This document shows, in pieces, positions 1-14,145 of a stretch of DNA of 64,000 bases (position 1 is the first letter of the stretch; each line of letters begins with the position of its first letter). The stretch comes from Podarcis muralis (Eukaryota): assembly GCF_964188315.1 (NCBI RefSeq), contig NC_135667.1, forward strand, positions 21,948,001 to 22,012,000, in the 5' to 3' direction. The notes beneath the pieces are model-generated. The model saw only the letters and a list, made by a program, of their open reading frames with translations, was not told the DNA's origin and did not search any database. A program made the position numbers and the translations under genes.

Positions 1-647
1 TAGTATGTAGGTATGCATTTATTTGTGGTGTTTGTATTTCTCCCCATAATAGAAATTTCTCTAGACATATTGCAATGAATAGGAGGTGCTGCTGGTCTCC
101 TCCACCCTTGTGCTCAATGTACATATTCCCCTCTACTTCCTGACAAAGATTTTTACTCACACCTTCTTCCCAGGTTGTGGGGGTGTCACTTTTTGGTTCT
201 CCTCAGGTGGCAAAATATCTTAGGTCAGCTCTGAAGGCAACAATCCTTTCTCAGCTTCATTCTCTCGCAATATCATTTCTTAAAAGAGTTTAGGAACCTT
301 TTTATTATAGGAAATAAAGTTGCTGCCTGGGTTGGGTGGAGCTATCACACTACTAGTTTCTCAGCAGGTGGACCACTGCTGCTTATCAGGAGGGGGGGGA
401 GAGGCAGCAGTGCAAATGCCACTTGGTGAGCCACTTTGATGCCAATGTTAAATCGCGCCCCCCCCAGCCGATTTACAAGTGAAACATAAAGACTGCTTCT
501 TTTTCTTAATATTAACAGAGAAGGTAAGGGATAGAATCTGTCTTCTCCAATGCAGTCATTTCTTTCTCCAATCTACAAAATGTATACACCAAGCAAGTGT
601 GAGTCCAATTCCTGTATTCCATGCTCACACGCTCACAAGTGTCCTAC

Positions 648-2797
648 CTGTGGAATCTTATAGATATCCAAGATAGTTGCCACATGATAGGAGGTTTCGG
701 CATCCAGCCCACCAATGACTGCAATTAGATCATTCTGGATGTCACATCTATAGTTGGGGACAAATTTCTCCAGTGTGGATAAAAGCAGCATTGTGGCATG
801 ATTTGTCTTCCTTGCATTGACATAGCTGTCATAGATGTGGAAACCCAACGTGAGATTGGGTAAGATCTGAGAGTTTTTATTTATCTCCTTCACTGCAAAT
901 GCAAAGGCCAGGATGTGCTGGTAATTCTTAGGCACTACACTAGAAAGAGAGTTGCATTCTGTATCAGATGGGAACAAACTCCTGCCTTGGCTCCCCATTT
1001 CATTTCTGGTGCATCAGGGAGGTTTCCCTGCTCTGGGATTTCTTGGGTCTATGCACTTCAAATTTTTTTTGTTTTGTTTTGTTAGAAGTCTTATACCCTC
1101 TTAGTTTTGCAGTGTCCTCGTTATTCAAAGGCGTTTGTACGATGCAGTTTTTCAAAGAGATGTAATGTGATGCACTCCCCCAAATTCATCAATGAAATAT
1201 GTAAAAAGTCGAAGGACTCATGTCTCAAATGCCAATGGGTTAAAAAACATTGTGTCACCAGTTAAAAGAGCAATAATTGAAGCTTTACTGAAAAGGGAAC
1301 ATCTGAATATTGCTTCAATTCAGGAAACTTAACCCCCACCCCACCAAAGGAAAAGACTTGAGGGCAGAAATATTCAGAGGGAATTGGGTAGGCGATCAAA
1401 TATGTGCACCAGCAACATCAAAGACACAGAGTGTGGCTTTTATTGCTAAAAAGGGTCCCTTGGTATTCACAGATGCTCTCCATGACCCTAATGGCAGATA
1501 TTTGCTTTTGAGTGGTTTGCTTGGGTCAAAAAATCTTTACAATTGACAACAGTGATGGAACTCTGACCCCCAATGGTCCAATTAAGTTTGTGGAGAGGAT
1601 CTATTTCAGAAGGTTAGGGTAAAGTCATTTCTTGATACCTTAGACTCTGACTATAAAATATGCATCATATGAATTAATGTAGGGTATTATATTCATTTCC
1701 CCTCCCCTCCCTATTACCCACCCTGGTTCTTCTTTCTTTCTCTCTCTCTTCTAATGCTTGAGGCTGTTTTTATTTTATCTTTATTTTAAAAATTAATAAA
1801 ATTTCTTTTAAAAAAATATACAACTCAGTCCAGAGGATCATAAGTTTTTAGGAACAACCTAATCTTTGTAGGTTCCAATTAATGCCCTCTATTGTAGATT
1901 AACAAATAAACAATAAAAAATATTATTCTGTCAGTGTGCTTTAGACAACACTGAATATTTCCCTAATTGTATGTTCAATTATTCTCTGACACAAAGTTCT
2001 AGAAAAAAAGATCATGTTGGTCGGCTGAAAAATCATTGATCAGATTTTCAAAAAATGAATTTCTTGCTTCATTAAGATCCTGAGAAGGGTTGCTACATTC
2101 TTATTGAAAGGCGGGAGTCATATTTTAGAGAACAATGTAAAATAAACTACTGGAGAAGCTTGATCACTTATCTTTATTCTATGTCTTAATATAAAACAAG
2201 AGGATGGAAATTCAAATCTACATAGATAATTGGCTGAGCTGGGTGTGGTAATGACACCATCGGTAGTGTCAACTGCCAGCTGTTCCTTTTAATTTTATTT
2301 TATGATTCAGTATGTTCCCCCCCCCCCCACAGCATATTTGCTAAACATTGTCCATCTCTGCTGTTCTATTTTGTGATTTTAAGCAAAAAGCTTGAACTGA
2401 TCATTCTTCTCTGTAGAGAAATAGGAGACTCCCCACAACATTATATTAATTGCATTATCTTCTTCTATAGCCTAAACCAATGAGGCAGTATTCTGAGGCT
2501 CCATCTCTGCAACTGATCATTCCAGTGACAAAATATATGGAGATAAAAACAATCAAAGGAAGGGAAAGTAAGTCCTTACAGAAGTTCTTCAAGCAATGCT
2601 GGTGGAGGTTTTGCAACAAAACGTACTGGACTGGCGGTGAAGCGAGCCTGAGAAGCAATGCCTCCAATAATGAGGTCTCCAGACTGATGATATTTGTGAA
2701 GTGGAGACTCTAGCTCATAGGCATTGCATTTAACAATGTGTGTCTTGCATACCATGTGAGAAAGAAATAGCAGCAGCAAGATGATCAAGACCGACAT
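648..2797 (-). CDS. V2R vomeronasal type-2 receptor, gene 0, partial: exon1 2580-2797, exon2 648-939; exons 3-6 lie left of the window
   Basis: Exon1 is signal peptide + [14 protein letters not shown]. Exon2 [38 protein letters not shown]...YKIPQ is 292 bp with AG/GT boundaries. The split codon CT|T keeps frame. Confidence 0.93.
1010..1815 (+). mobile_element. L1/Tx1-type LINE remnant: ORF2 endonuclease N-terminus joined to a 3'UTR/poly(A)
   Basis: Translates as NANGL...IASIQET...NWVG...SVAFI...DPNGRYLLLSG (APE endonuclease motifs), followed by AATAAA and an A-run at ~1795-1815. Confidence 0.65.
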
Positions 2798-3059
2798 CTT
2801 CAGTACAAGTACAAATCTTCTCTACACACAAATTCCCCTGTTTTCTTCAATAACAGTGTGATCTAGAGTTTCTGTGATTAAAGCCACTTGGCTTGCATGC
2901 AAGCTTAATCTCCTGATAGTTCTGCACCTTAGACTATACAGGAAGATCCATGCTTGTTTTCAGCACTTCTCCATAGTTCAGAATGGTATTCAGTATATTT
3001 ATGACTTCTTTTCCTGTCCTTGATATTAGCTCTGCTGAATGCCTTCAAGGATTTTCAGA

Positions 3060-3215
3060 AGCAGAATTAATTGCTAGGCTTTGATTATAATCACTAGTTC
3101 AGCCCTGGAATTTCCCAGTGGAATTGCTGGAGAAAGCTGGTTTTCATGTCTAAACAGATATTTTCTCTTTCACTTAGCTAGCAAGGGACAATTGGACTTG
3201 GAATGACATACAGCA
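3060..3215 (-). promoter_or_regulatory. Conserved upstream module of gene 0 (putative promoter)
   Basis: CAGAATTAATT and TCCCAGTGGA ~316 bp upstream of the ATG, alignable with the flanks of the other five first exons. Confidence 0.35.
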
Positions 3216-3899
3216 AGAAAAGAACATTATAAATAATAAACAGTTATCTGGAGCTAGAGAATAAATGATTTGTTTTAAATTTTGCTAAGGAAGTTCTGTC
3301 CTCAATTCTTGTTAACCAACATTTCCATCCAGCCAGCTAAATTTATATCCAATCCATGTGTTCATAGATTGAATATAAACTTATATTCAATCCATGTGTT
3401 CATGTAAATCAACCTTCACCTTTATTGATGATACCTGAACAGCAAGAAACTAGTAAATGAGATAAATAAACTGTAGAATGGAGAGGGCAATGATAACTAG
3501 TGAGGTCCCTCCATATGTTGTTTGACTACAACACCCATCATCTCTGACCAATGGTCATGCTGGGTGAAAATGAGAGAAACTGGTGGGCCCGATGTTGCCC
3601 ATCCTTGCTGCAGAAGAAGAATTAATGGAAGGTTGACTCTGATTGACTTAAGACATCATATGGATGGAGTGAAAAGACAATGCAAGGCTGCAGCTCAGAG
3701 AGGCAGGACAGAGGGAAGCTTTCCTTCTGATCAGGAAAAGTAAGCAGGGAAATGAATTCTACCCAAGGAGCTAAGAACTAATCAATGGACAATAACAGAC
3801 ACAAATGTCAGCTGAAACTGGGGTCTCAAAAAACTGAGGGGGCAAACACCCATGAAATTATTTTTAATTATTTTTATCTGTGTAATTGTTTTAAATGTG

Positions 3900-4300
3900 T
3901 GGTTCTTAAACGGAATGAAATAAATAATGCAGCGAATTCATTTGTAAACGTTTTAACAAGATAGAAACACAAGTAAATAGTTTAAACAACAACAACAAAA
4001 TAGCACCCCGCCCCTCGCCAGCACACTTAAAAGGCTGTAGAATATTGCTCAGCCAAATGCTGAATGAAGGTGGCCAGACATAATTTCCTGAGCAGAGCAT
4101 TCCACAAGCAGGGAGCCACTGCGAAAAACTCAGTTCTCATGTTGCCACCCTCTGGACCTCACGTGGAAGAGGCACATGAAAAAGGGCTCAGATGATGAAC
4201 ACAGAGTCCAGGCTGGATTATATGGGGAGAGGCAGTTCTTGTGGTATTGCAGTTCTGAGCCATTTAAGGCCCTATAGGTTCAAACCAGCACTCTGAATTG
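3900..4300 (-). mobile_element. L2-type LINE 3' fragment
   Basis: Reverse complement resembles the L2 ORF2 C-terminus seen at 32370-33030 and 54572-55310 (...gccatttaaggc.ctataggt.aaaccagcact.tgaattg). Confidence 0.6.
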
Positions 4301-5293
4301 CAAGATCACCACATGCAAGATGCAAGTTAACCATTGCTAAATTATACATTGGGTCACTAAAATGGTGCCAATCATCTAGTCAAAATTCCCAGCTATATAG
4401 TTGGCCTAAATGTTAAGGTGAAAGGCTTATAGCTACTTATCCCAAGCAGAGGAGGCAGGATCATGTGGGCTCAGGCAGTAACCAATTTTGTACTTTCTTC
4501 ACACTATGGTTCACTGTCATCAAGACCTAGGGCTCACCCTAGAGCAGTGTCCCACTTGTCCCAGCCTTTCTAGGCATGGATCCAAGGAGTTTTCCCTATT
4601 CCCCACTGCTTCCGCTGGGAAAACCCACTCTTTACCACGGAATAGAAGCAAACGTCAAAACCTAGCTGAAACGTGCTCTGATTCAACGGTAAACAGTGGA
4701 TTTTCCTTTGAAGGTGGGGATGGAGGCTGCTTCAGAGGGTGCTTTTGCTAAGACCTTAAGATGGACTTACTGCATGTGGCCTTTCTTTCTCAATTAGTGG
4801 GAAGGAGAAGTAGGTTGCACAAGGAAAGGCAGTGGAATCAACTCTTCCAGCTCTTCCTGCACTCATAAGATGTTCATTTGGAAGGGAAGGGAGTTTGGAA
4901 CAAGGTGGGGTCTTTTTAAAAGACTTCTTTATGAGAAAGATTCACAAAAACCTTTGCAGGCCTTCTTCATGTATCCTGAGATTAATAACTTAAAGGGTAA
5001 GAGGGAGGAAGTCTTCCCCTTCAAGTCCCCATTTTCCACTTATATTGCCTCTCTACTCATCAGCATAGCAAAGATCAAACATTGTTCAAGCTGTGTAGCT
5101 ATATTCCCTGCAGGATGGGGAAGCCTATGCAATATTAATCCATTTCCATCAGTGACATCAATTGATGGGCAGCTGTGCACAGTTTTGTGCAAATGGCCTG
5201 GCAGGCCAAATTAGACTTCCTGGTGGATGAAGACTGGTCTGCAAACCAGAGGTTCTCCACCTTGATGTGTATCAAATTACAGACTTAAATTCT

Positions 5294-8200
5294 TCATTTT
5301 TTCCTTCTTACAAGCTGATCCTTATTGTTCATTTCAGGCCTTAACAAAATAATATAACATTTTGGGGCAAAGATGCACACCAGAAGCCCAGCACTGGAGG
5401 CTAAAATAGAGAAGATCTCCACAGCTACCATGTATTTCCCTTTAGTGCTCAGATAGGAGGGAATAAAGGACAGCCAAACACTGCAAAAAACCAACATGCT
5501 GAAAGTGATAAACTTGGCTTCATTGAAACTGTCAGGTAACTTCCTGGCAAGGAAAGCCACAGTGAAACTGATAATTGCTAGGCAGCCCATGTAGATGAGG
5601 ACACAGCAAAACATTATCACAGACCCCTCGTTACATTCTAGTACAATTTCTTCAGTCATTGAGTGCATGTCTACATCTGGGTATGGGGGAGAAGTTACCT
5701 GCCACACAATACAAATGCCTACCTGGACAAAAGAACAGAAAAGAACAATGGAGTTGGCCAGTCTTTTCCCTATCCACTTCCTCATCCTGGATCCTGGTTT
5801 GGTGGCCATGAAAGCCAGAACCACTGTGATGGTTTTTGCCAGCACACAAGAAACAGCAACAGAGAAGATGACACCAAAAGCAGTTTGTCGGAGGAGACAT
5901 GCCACATTCTGAGGCTGGCCAATAAATAGCAATGCACAAAGGAAGCAGAACAGAAGTGAGATGAGGAGAGTGTAAGTGAGGTTCCTGTTGTTTGCTATGA
6001 CTATGGGAGTGTCATGGTGCTTCATAAATGTTCCTAGCACCAGAGCTGTATTAAGAGCAAAGGAAACAGCAAAACACGTTAAACTGAGCCCCAAAGGTTC
6101 TTCATAGGACAAGAAGGTTACAATCTTAGGAATACAGAAATCCCGGTTTTTGTTTGGATAGTTTTCATCTTTGCATTTGTGACACTCATTCCTGTCTGAA
6201 GAGGAAAAGATGGTCTTGGTTTCACAAACATGCCAGAAATCTGATCCATGCAATTTATTCAAAATTACAAATTGTATTCCATTGTGGTACTGTGGAATTT
6301 TGCAACACTGGTTTAAATATTTTGGAATTATGGAGGTGTTAAAATAATATTGGGTTTTAAAAGCAATTTGGATAGTCCCCAACTCCCCCCCCCACTTTGC
6401 AGATTTCATTAAATATATACAATTTCTGCACATATATGAAAAGAAAAACAGCAAGGACCACACAAATAGTAATGCTATAATAATGGGAAGTGATTTTCAA
6501 TCACACGGCAGTTTCTTCACTCTTCAATGGCTTCTTCCTAGCCATTCAAAATGAAACCTTTCCATCATATTCCAAGCACTAAAGAAAAGCAATCCTCTTT
6601 TACATGTCAATTCTCTGAAGCAAAGACTTTATGTTTTCTAAATCTTTACAGTTTAATTCTTACCTTTCTGGTCTGAAATCTTCCCTACTGGGCATGGAAT
6701 ACAATCATAGCAACAAAATGGCTCTCCATCTTTCGCTTTCTTGATAGAACCAGGACGGCAACTCTCAGTGCAGATAGAAAGAGGCTGTGTCTAAGCCATA
6801 AATAAAAAAAATGAACCATAGCCTTGAGAGGAAGGAATTTGGAGTCTTTAAAGTTTGGAGGATCTTTTCTTATCTTACTAAAGAGATACAGTACTGCATT
6901 CCATTCAACAGACTGCATTAGATACCCTACGGCCTGTCTTACTTAAAAAAAAGTTACAAAATTAAGTTCCTATTTTTGTCAACCAGTTCTGTATAAATTT
7001 ATTATCTCATTTTCTTCCTATGTGGAAGTTTCACCATTGACTCTAGGTTGAAACAATCTTTGAAGCATACAATTTGCACCTGATAATAAATGCAAATCAA
7101 TGTTAAGAACAACACTTTTACTATTACCTAATAGTATAAATATTATATACTGGTATAATGTGGCTTGGATTTTCACATATATACATAGGTACTCCTTCAT
7201 GTTTATTTTATCCTATAGTATAATATTTACTTGTTTTGTGCCTGCTTTGTTTCTACTTTCAATCTATTTTCAGTCTTCCTGGGCATACAGTTTTGAGCAA
7301 CCGTGTCACAGTTTCATTGATCTTTGATAACGGGTGATATATAACTGAATATACAAAAATAAATAAAGTAGCATATATATCAATTCCCTCCAAAACATTT
7401 CTCAGTTAATAATGTGAAGATCATAAAATGGGGGCAGAAACATATAGAACCTAACTTGCCCAACACAGGCATCCCATAGAATCTGTTAGGTCAGCGCTTT
7501 CTTGCAAGTGGCCATACTAGTATTCAGACATGAGGGGCTGTAGGTTGGCAAGGGTGGGTTTTGTGAGAGAATGCCTGCCTTCAAGCTCATCCAGATGTCA
7601 TATAACCTTCAGAGAGAGAAATTGACAGGGAAACGGAAGAGAATCCAAATGAAGGCAGAGACTGACACTTGATGTAGGATAAATGATCAGGAAAGGAATG
7701 CTAGTCTGGATTATCTACCTTTATGTGCCCTAAACTCTGAGGGGCTTTTTGATTCTGGTACTGTGACCTATGCACTGTGCTTCTTTCAATTAGCAACCAA
7801 CATTTTATAGGTATTCATTATAATGCAATAATTTTCATTGACAAGTGTTTCCATGCAAAATTGAAAGACTTTCCAAACTGCCAGCTTTTGGATCCTACCT
7901 GGTTAAACCAGTTGGGCCATGTTATGGCACTCTCGTTGATGCTGAAAACTTGCTCTGGAGGAGCTTTGGGGTCGATCCTCCCGATGTGCACTCTGTGAAA
8001 GGATTTGTTTACAGAAGCGATCAAGTTGATAAGATCAAATCCAGCTACCAATTCTCCATTGTGATTGAAGGAAACCTCATCCCCAGCAGTGTTGTTAAAT
8101 GAAATACCTCTCAGAAAGTGGTGGAGCTAGGTTGAAAAAGTGAAGTCAATAGATCAGAAAAGGGCACCAGGATGCTCTATACTATAGTCTATTGGTAGGG

Positions 8201-11200
8201 GGAGAACTATGACTCATTCTTTGTATCATTGTTCTATTATGTTATTTTTATATATTGTTCATAAGCAGAGATTCATTTGAACGAAAAGAAGCACAGAAAT
8301 GCAATAAATGAAATCAACTCTTTGTTTGGGTGATAATACTGTTATCATGTGACGATTCAGGTACAAGAAAGTCTATCAGACAGATGCACCAATGTCTTAA
8401 CAGCTGTGCTTGAAATACAGGTGTGAAGAAGTTGGGGTCAGGTCTTGCACACTTACTGGAAGATTAATGGAAGAGAGCTGTGATGTCCTCCCTATTCATG
8501 GACTTCCCTCCTCTGTCTCTGCACTGTGTCTCTATGTCACTCTGCATCTGATTGAGGGGGGCATCTAGTCTCCAGTTCTATGTTCCTTTGTTCTCAGACA
8601 GTCCACCCAGATAGATCCATGTTATGTCCCAGGTGTAATATGTCATCATTTAGTCATCATTTACTTGCCCATACCTCTTCTTGTATGGGCCTGATTTGGC
8701 CTCCTGCCAGTCAGAGTATCCCACCTTTAAAAGGTAAAGGTACCCCTGCCCGTACGGGCCAGTCTTGATAGACTCTAGGGTTGTGCGCTCATCTCACTCT
8801 ATAGGCCGGGAGCCAGCGCTGTCCGCAGACACTTCCGGGTCACGTGGCCAGTGTGACAAAGCTGCATCTGGCGAGCCAGCACAGCACACGGAACGCTGTT
8901 TACCTTCCCGCTAGTAAGCGGTCCCTATTTATCTACTTGCACCCGGGGGTGCTTTTGAATTGCTAGGTTGGCAGGCGCTGGGACCGAGCAGTGGGAGCGC
9001 ACCCCTCCGCGGGGATTCAAACCGCCGACCATGCGATCGGCAAGTCCTAGGCGCTGAGGTTTTACCCACAGCGCCACCCGCGTCCCCAATCCCACCTTTA
9101 CATTACATTAAATCATTCCAGGAAGCTTTCAGGTAAGAGGAAAGGACATACTAGCTGCTTTCAAACTATTCTTCTATTTGGGGGAACTGTGAGAATCCAA
9201 ATAATACCAGTTCCAAGATGAACACACTGGAAAAATGGACAGGGAGGGTCTTACGGGGGGGGGGGGGAGAGTTCAACTGAAATGCATTTCAGGAAACACA
9301 AAGAGGAGACCTGAGTTTTTTTCATTGGTTTGTTGACCCTGGTAAGTCTTGGGAGGCCTCCTTCTGCAGAAGAAATGTTTTCTGTGGTTAGGCAGAGTAG
9401 TGGACAATTTTTAATAAGGTAATAAGGATTTTACATAGGGAAGAAAGTTCCTACTTCCTTGCTTTAACCATTACACTTCACTGCTCCAAAAGCAGCAAAT
9501 AGACTTATTTCTTGCAAAGCCCATTGACCTAGAGAAACCTAAATAAATATAAGAATGCATAAATATGTTTTTCTCAGAAAAGCAGAAATTACTGAAAGAC
9601 TGGGGGAGCTTTTCTGACATTGTAGTTTGATTCAGTGAGATAAAATCATTATTGAGCCCTAGCGCAGAATTACTGCACATTTGTAACATACAGTATATCA
9701 CATTTTAATGCCTCTAAGGTCACAGCAATATATGCACTGTTTGGGTGGTGGCACACATTTAGAACACAGTAGAACACAGGTTTTGTATGCAAAGACCCAA
9801 CTGTTCACTCTCTTGCATCTCCAGGTCTGAGAAAGACAGCTGCCCAAAATTCTCTGGAACAACTATCAGCGTCGAGAAGACTGAGCTAGATAGTCCAAGG
9901 GTCTAAATATTTCAAAGGCAGCTTGGAGACAAGAAAAAAGAGGCTTACAAAAGCGTAGATTACTCTTTCATTGTTAACTGATGGGGAGGTGATGTGAACA
10001 GCCCAAGAAATTGGTTAGACAGTTTGCTACAAAGTTAAGAGGCTGATGCAACAGCCAGGGCTGTCTTAAGAATATGTGGTACCGGGGTGCAAATATCCAC
10101 CCAGTGCCCCCTGCAGTTGCCCAGTCCCAGGTATGCAGGAGGGTGGAGCCGGCCAGCCGCCTTAGCATCTCGCTGGCTTGGTCACCCCCAAACTCACGGT
10201 ACAGAGCCGCCCGCAGCAGAAGAGCCCACCGCGGCACTCCAACCAATGGGCAGGCTCTTCCCCGGACTCAACTCTTGGGCCCCGGACTCTCGGCCTGGCA
10301 CCCCTGAGAGCCCAGCGCCTGGGTTCCCCATACCCCTAGCACCTATGGGTAAGAAAGCCCTGGCAACAGCCACAGATATGGTGCTCTGCTGTGTGAGGGT
10401 GTTGTGTTGAGCCCATTACCTGCCATGAATCTTGATTATGGAAGTTCAGTACTCTTTTTTCTGTCAAGGCTCTTGAAGACGATATGGCATGCAAAGCATG
10501 TGCCACTGCGTACACAGCATTGTAGATGCTGTAGCTGTGACCAGTCATGCTCATCTCAAAGAAGATCTCTGGAAGACTCTCTAGCTTCTCTTTCCCAGTG
10601 CACATATTCCCATCCACTTCACTCACAGTAGTATTTGGGAGATCACAGTCAAAGACTTGGGGCCAGAAGTCTCTGATAAACCCATCTTCTTTTGTGCTGG
10701 AAGGGTTTCTTCTCTGAGCAAATGTCTTGAATCCTGGTGGATCATTGGAGTGAATCATGAAAGACAGAGCACCATGGATTATTTCTGTATCCCAATACCT
10801 TTGATAGAGGAAAGAAATGAGTTCCATCTGAGCTGTCATTATCCACACTCTTCCTTTGGGTTGGTTTACAACATGCTCAATTGCTGGTAGATACAACAAC
10901 CATCTCAGAACCACCATGGAATAAGAATCTCCATAGAAAAGCACTGTGTTAGCTTTGCTGCCCATGATACTGTCACATATTTTTGCACCCTGTTGTAGCA
11001 TATTGTTAAACTGACTGACAGAAATGAATTTGGGGGCTCTTTCTATGAAGGCAAAACAGACACCTTTCTGGGAAAATTCTTCAAACACAGCTTGCACAAA
11101 TCTTTCTCCATTCTCATCATCCATAATAAGGATCCCGATCCATGTCCACTTAAAATGTAGGAGCAAAGAAAGAATTCCTGCATACTGATGGGCTTCCTGA

Positions 11201-14112
11201 GGGACCATCTGGTAGAAGGCAAGGCCTGGGGTTTTATCATTCATTACTGGAGTGGAGCCATATATGACCTAAGGAGAGATGCATGGAGGCAAATAATAGC
11301 AGCATTTATAAACCAGCTTACATTGTTCATAGCAATTTGCACACATTGTGCCAGCAATCCTTGCAACAACCCTGTAAAATAAATGCGTGTTATTGCCCTC
11401 ATGCAATGAATCTGTGTCTGGCCAACTCCAATTTTGTGGGCTCATATCTGAGAGAGGAACTGTGCTGAGCTTTATTGCCTCAAAATGGCCATTCTTTTCA
11501 CTAATATTCAGATACAAGGCTTTTCAAATTAAATTAAAAATGTGTGTATCCTTAAAAGCATTACAAAACATGTGTCTAGTCAAAAAAATTACATAGCTGC
11601 ATAGGCTGAACAATCTCTCTCACCTGAATATAAGTAACTCATGCTTTGAGTCTTTTATTGATGCTTCAGTCAAAATTATGGTCTACTTTGTGAAATACAC
11701 CTCCTTCCTACAGATGTTCTGGGGTTGGCAGGTGGCCTGTCCATGCAGAAGTGGTTTGCAGAAAGCACTAGTCATTAGTAGTAGTAGTAGTTATAATAAA
11801 AATAATATTTACTACTAAGATGAAATATACAAGCATAACACAAAAGTGGTTCTCTTCACATTATATGTAGTTATATAGCCAAAAATTGTTCAGTCTCTAA
11901 CAATATTCATTCTACATGCAGGTTGCAAGAAAGAAAAAGGGAAGAACAATATTTTAATTTCTGAATATAATTAGGAAAAATCTGTACAGAGTATGGGATA
12001 AATATAAAACTTTACTGGAGACAAAAACACCACTTTGGCTTTCACCATTGGATGCCATTGAGGTGAAGAAGATGAAGAAGGAGGAGGAGGAGGGGGAGGA
12101 AAATTGGGTAACCTATAGAAATTTGCTAAGAGAGGAGGGTGAAGAATTTAAATTAAAAGAGTTTAAGGATTTATTAGGAATGTTATATATATACAATGGA
12201 CGCTCGGGATGCGAACGTGATCTGTGCGGGAGGCACGTTCGCAACCCGCAGTGTTTGCAACCCGTGACCCGCACGTCTGCGCACACGTGGGTCACGATTC
12301 ATTGCTTCTGCACATGCACAAGCGCCAAAACCCGGAAGTAACCTGTTCCAATACTTCTGGGTTCGGCACAGTGTGCAACCCGAAATCGTGCAGCCCAAAG
12401 CATCTGTAACCTGAGGTATGACTGTACATGGATATAATATCATCATTTGAATGAAAGTATTTAAAAAGGATATGAAATGGGTGTTTGGGGAACAATTATC
12501 TCTACCAGAGAGAGACCTTAGACTGTAATGTTAAAGTGATGTCTAAAATGTATAAGATGTTATTGGAATGGGAGACAAAAGATGAAGAAGTGAAATCATC
12601 AATGACACACTGGGCAATAGATATTGGTCATAACATAGAAATGGAAGCATGGGAACGATTGTGGAACGTGGATATGAAATTTACAGCATGTTATGGTTTA
12701 AGAGAAAATGATATGAAAATGTTATATAGATGGTACCTAGTGGACAGGCAAAAATGTATAAATCAAAATTGAATAAGTGTTGGAAATGTAAAGAGAAAGA
12801 AGGTACATTTTTCCATATGTGGTGGTCTTGTAATAAGGTTAAAGCTTACTGGGAAATGTATATAATGAATAAAATGAATTGAAAAATATGTTTAAGATAA
12901 CATTTGTAAAAAAAACACACCAACAACACCAGAAGTTTTTTCTCTTGGGGATTATGGGATCAGAGCTACGTACCTAAACAGTATAGAAATTAATTTATGT
13001 ATGTAACTACAGCTGCAAAAATGTCATTTGCCCAAAAATGGAAAGAAGAAGATGTTCCGATGAGAGAAGAATGGCAACAGAAGTTAATAGAAATGGCGAA
13101 ACTTACTGGAAGAATAAGAAATCAAGACAGCAATTTTTTTTTATAAAGGAATGGAAATGGTTTATTGACTATTTACAAACAAATTGCACACAGATCAAGA
13201 CATTGGCAGGATTATTGTAAAAACTTGCAGTTTCAAAAACATATATAAAAACAGTTGAACTAAAGAATAAGTTGAGATAATTTGGAATATGTAGGGAATG
13301 ATGAAAATAAATTTAAGGAACTGAAGAAAGAGGGGGAGGGAAGTCAATGTTTGAAATGCTAGAATTATTGCTGAACTGTTGAAATGTATATTTGTTCTAA
13401 ATGAATATTATAAATAAAATAAAATAGAATAGTAAAATTCTGAAAGGGATAAAAGTCCAAGCTTACCCACTTGAACACTGGGGACACAAACTGTGTGTGT
13501 ATGTGTTTGTGTAATTTATGAATGCACTATAAACACTATTGTCCTTTATCTGTACATGTAGTCTTATTTTTCTAAGATCCATATCATGAGGTCCAAAACA
13601 CTTTTCTTCTGTCTTTTAATTATACACACATACACAAATCTGGAAGACCGAAGAAACTGTGAGTTGAATACTCAAACCACCACCACACATGATGTCTTAC
13701 CTGTGGAATCTTATAGATATCCAGTATGGTTGCCACATAAAGAGAAATTTGGGGTTCCAGTCCTCCAATGATTGCTATTAGATTTTGCTGAATGTCACAT
13801 ACATAGTTAGGAAGCAATCTCTTTAGTGCTGATAGCAGTAGCAATGTGGCATGATAGGTCCTCCTTGCATTGTCATAGCTGTCATAGATGTGGAAACCCA
13901 AAGTAAGATTGGGTAAGATCTGAGGGTTTGCATTGATCTCCTTCACTGCAAATGCCAAGGCCAGGATATTCTGATAATACTTAGGTACTACACTAGAACG
14001 AGAGTTGTTAGAAGGATATTACATGCAAGGACATCCACACTTAGTTTAAGTATTGGCACTGTGTTCTGTGCTAATCTGTGCCCTTATTGCTGCATTTAGG
14101 TTTTTAAACTCA

Positions 14113-14145
<33 letters not shown>

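Noticed and set aside
5595-5929. Plus-strand ORFs recurring opposite every exon 6 and exon 3 (e.g. [26 protein letters not shown] at 18302, 27820, 37631, 61194)
   Set aside because: These are antisense shadows of the conserved V2R coding strand. The recurrence follows from paralogy, and starts and stops are not conserved.
5294-6463. 389-aa ORF starting far upstream of exon 6, and similar extended ORFs for exons 3 and 6 in other genes
   Set aside because: The N-terminal extensions are intron read-through. True exon starts are set by the AG acceptors (e.g. 6195).
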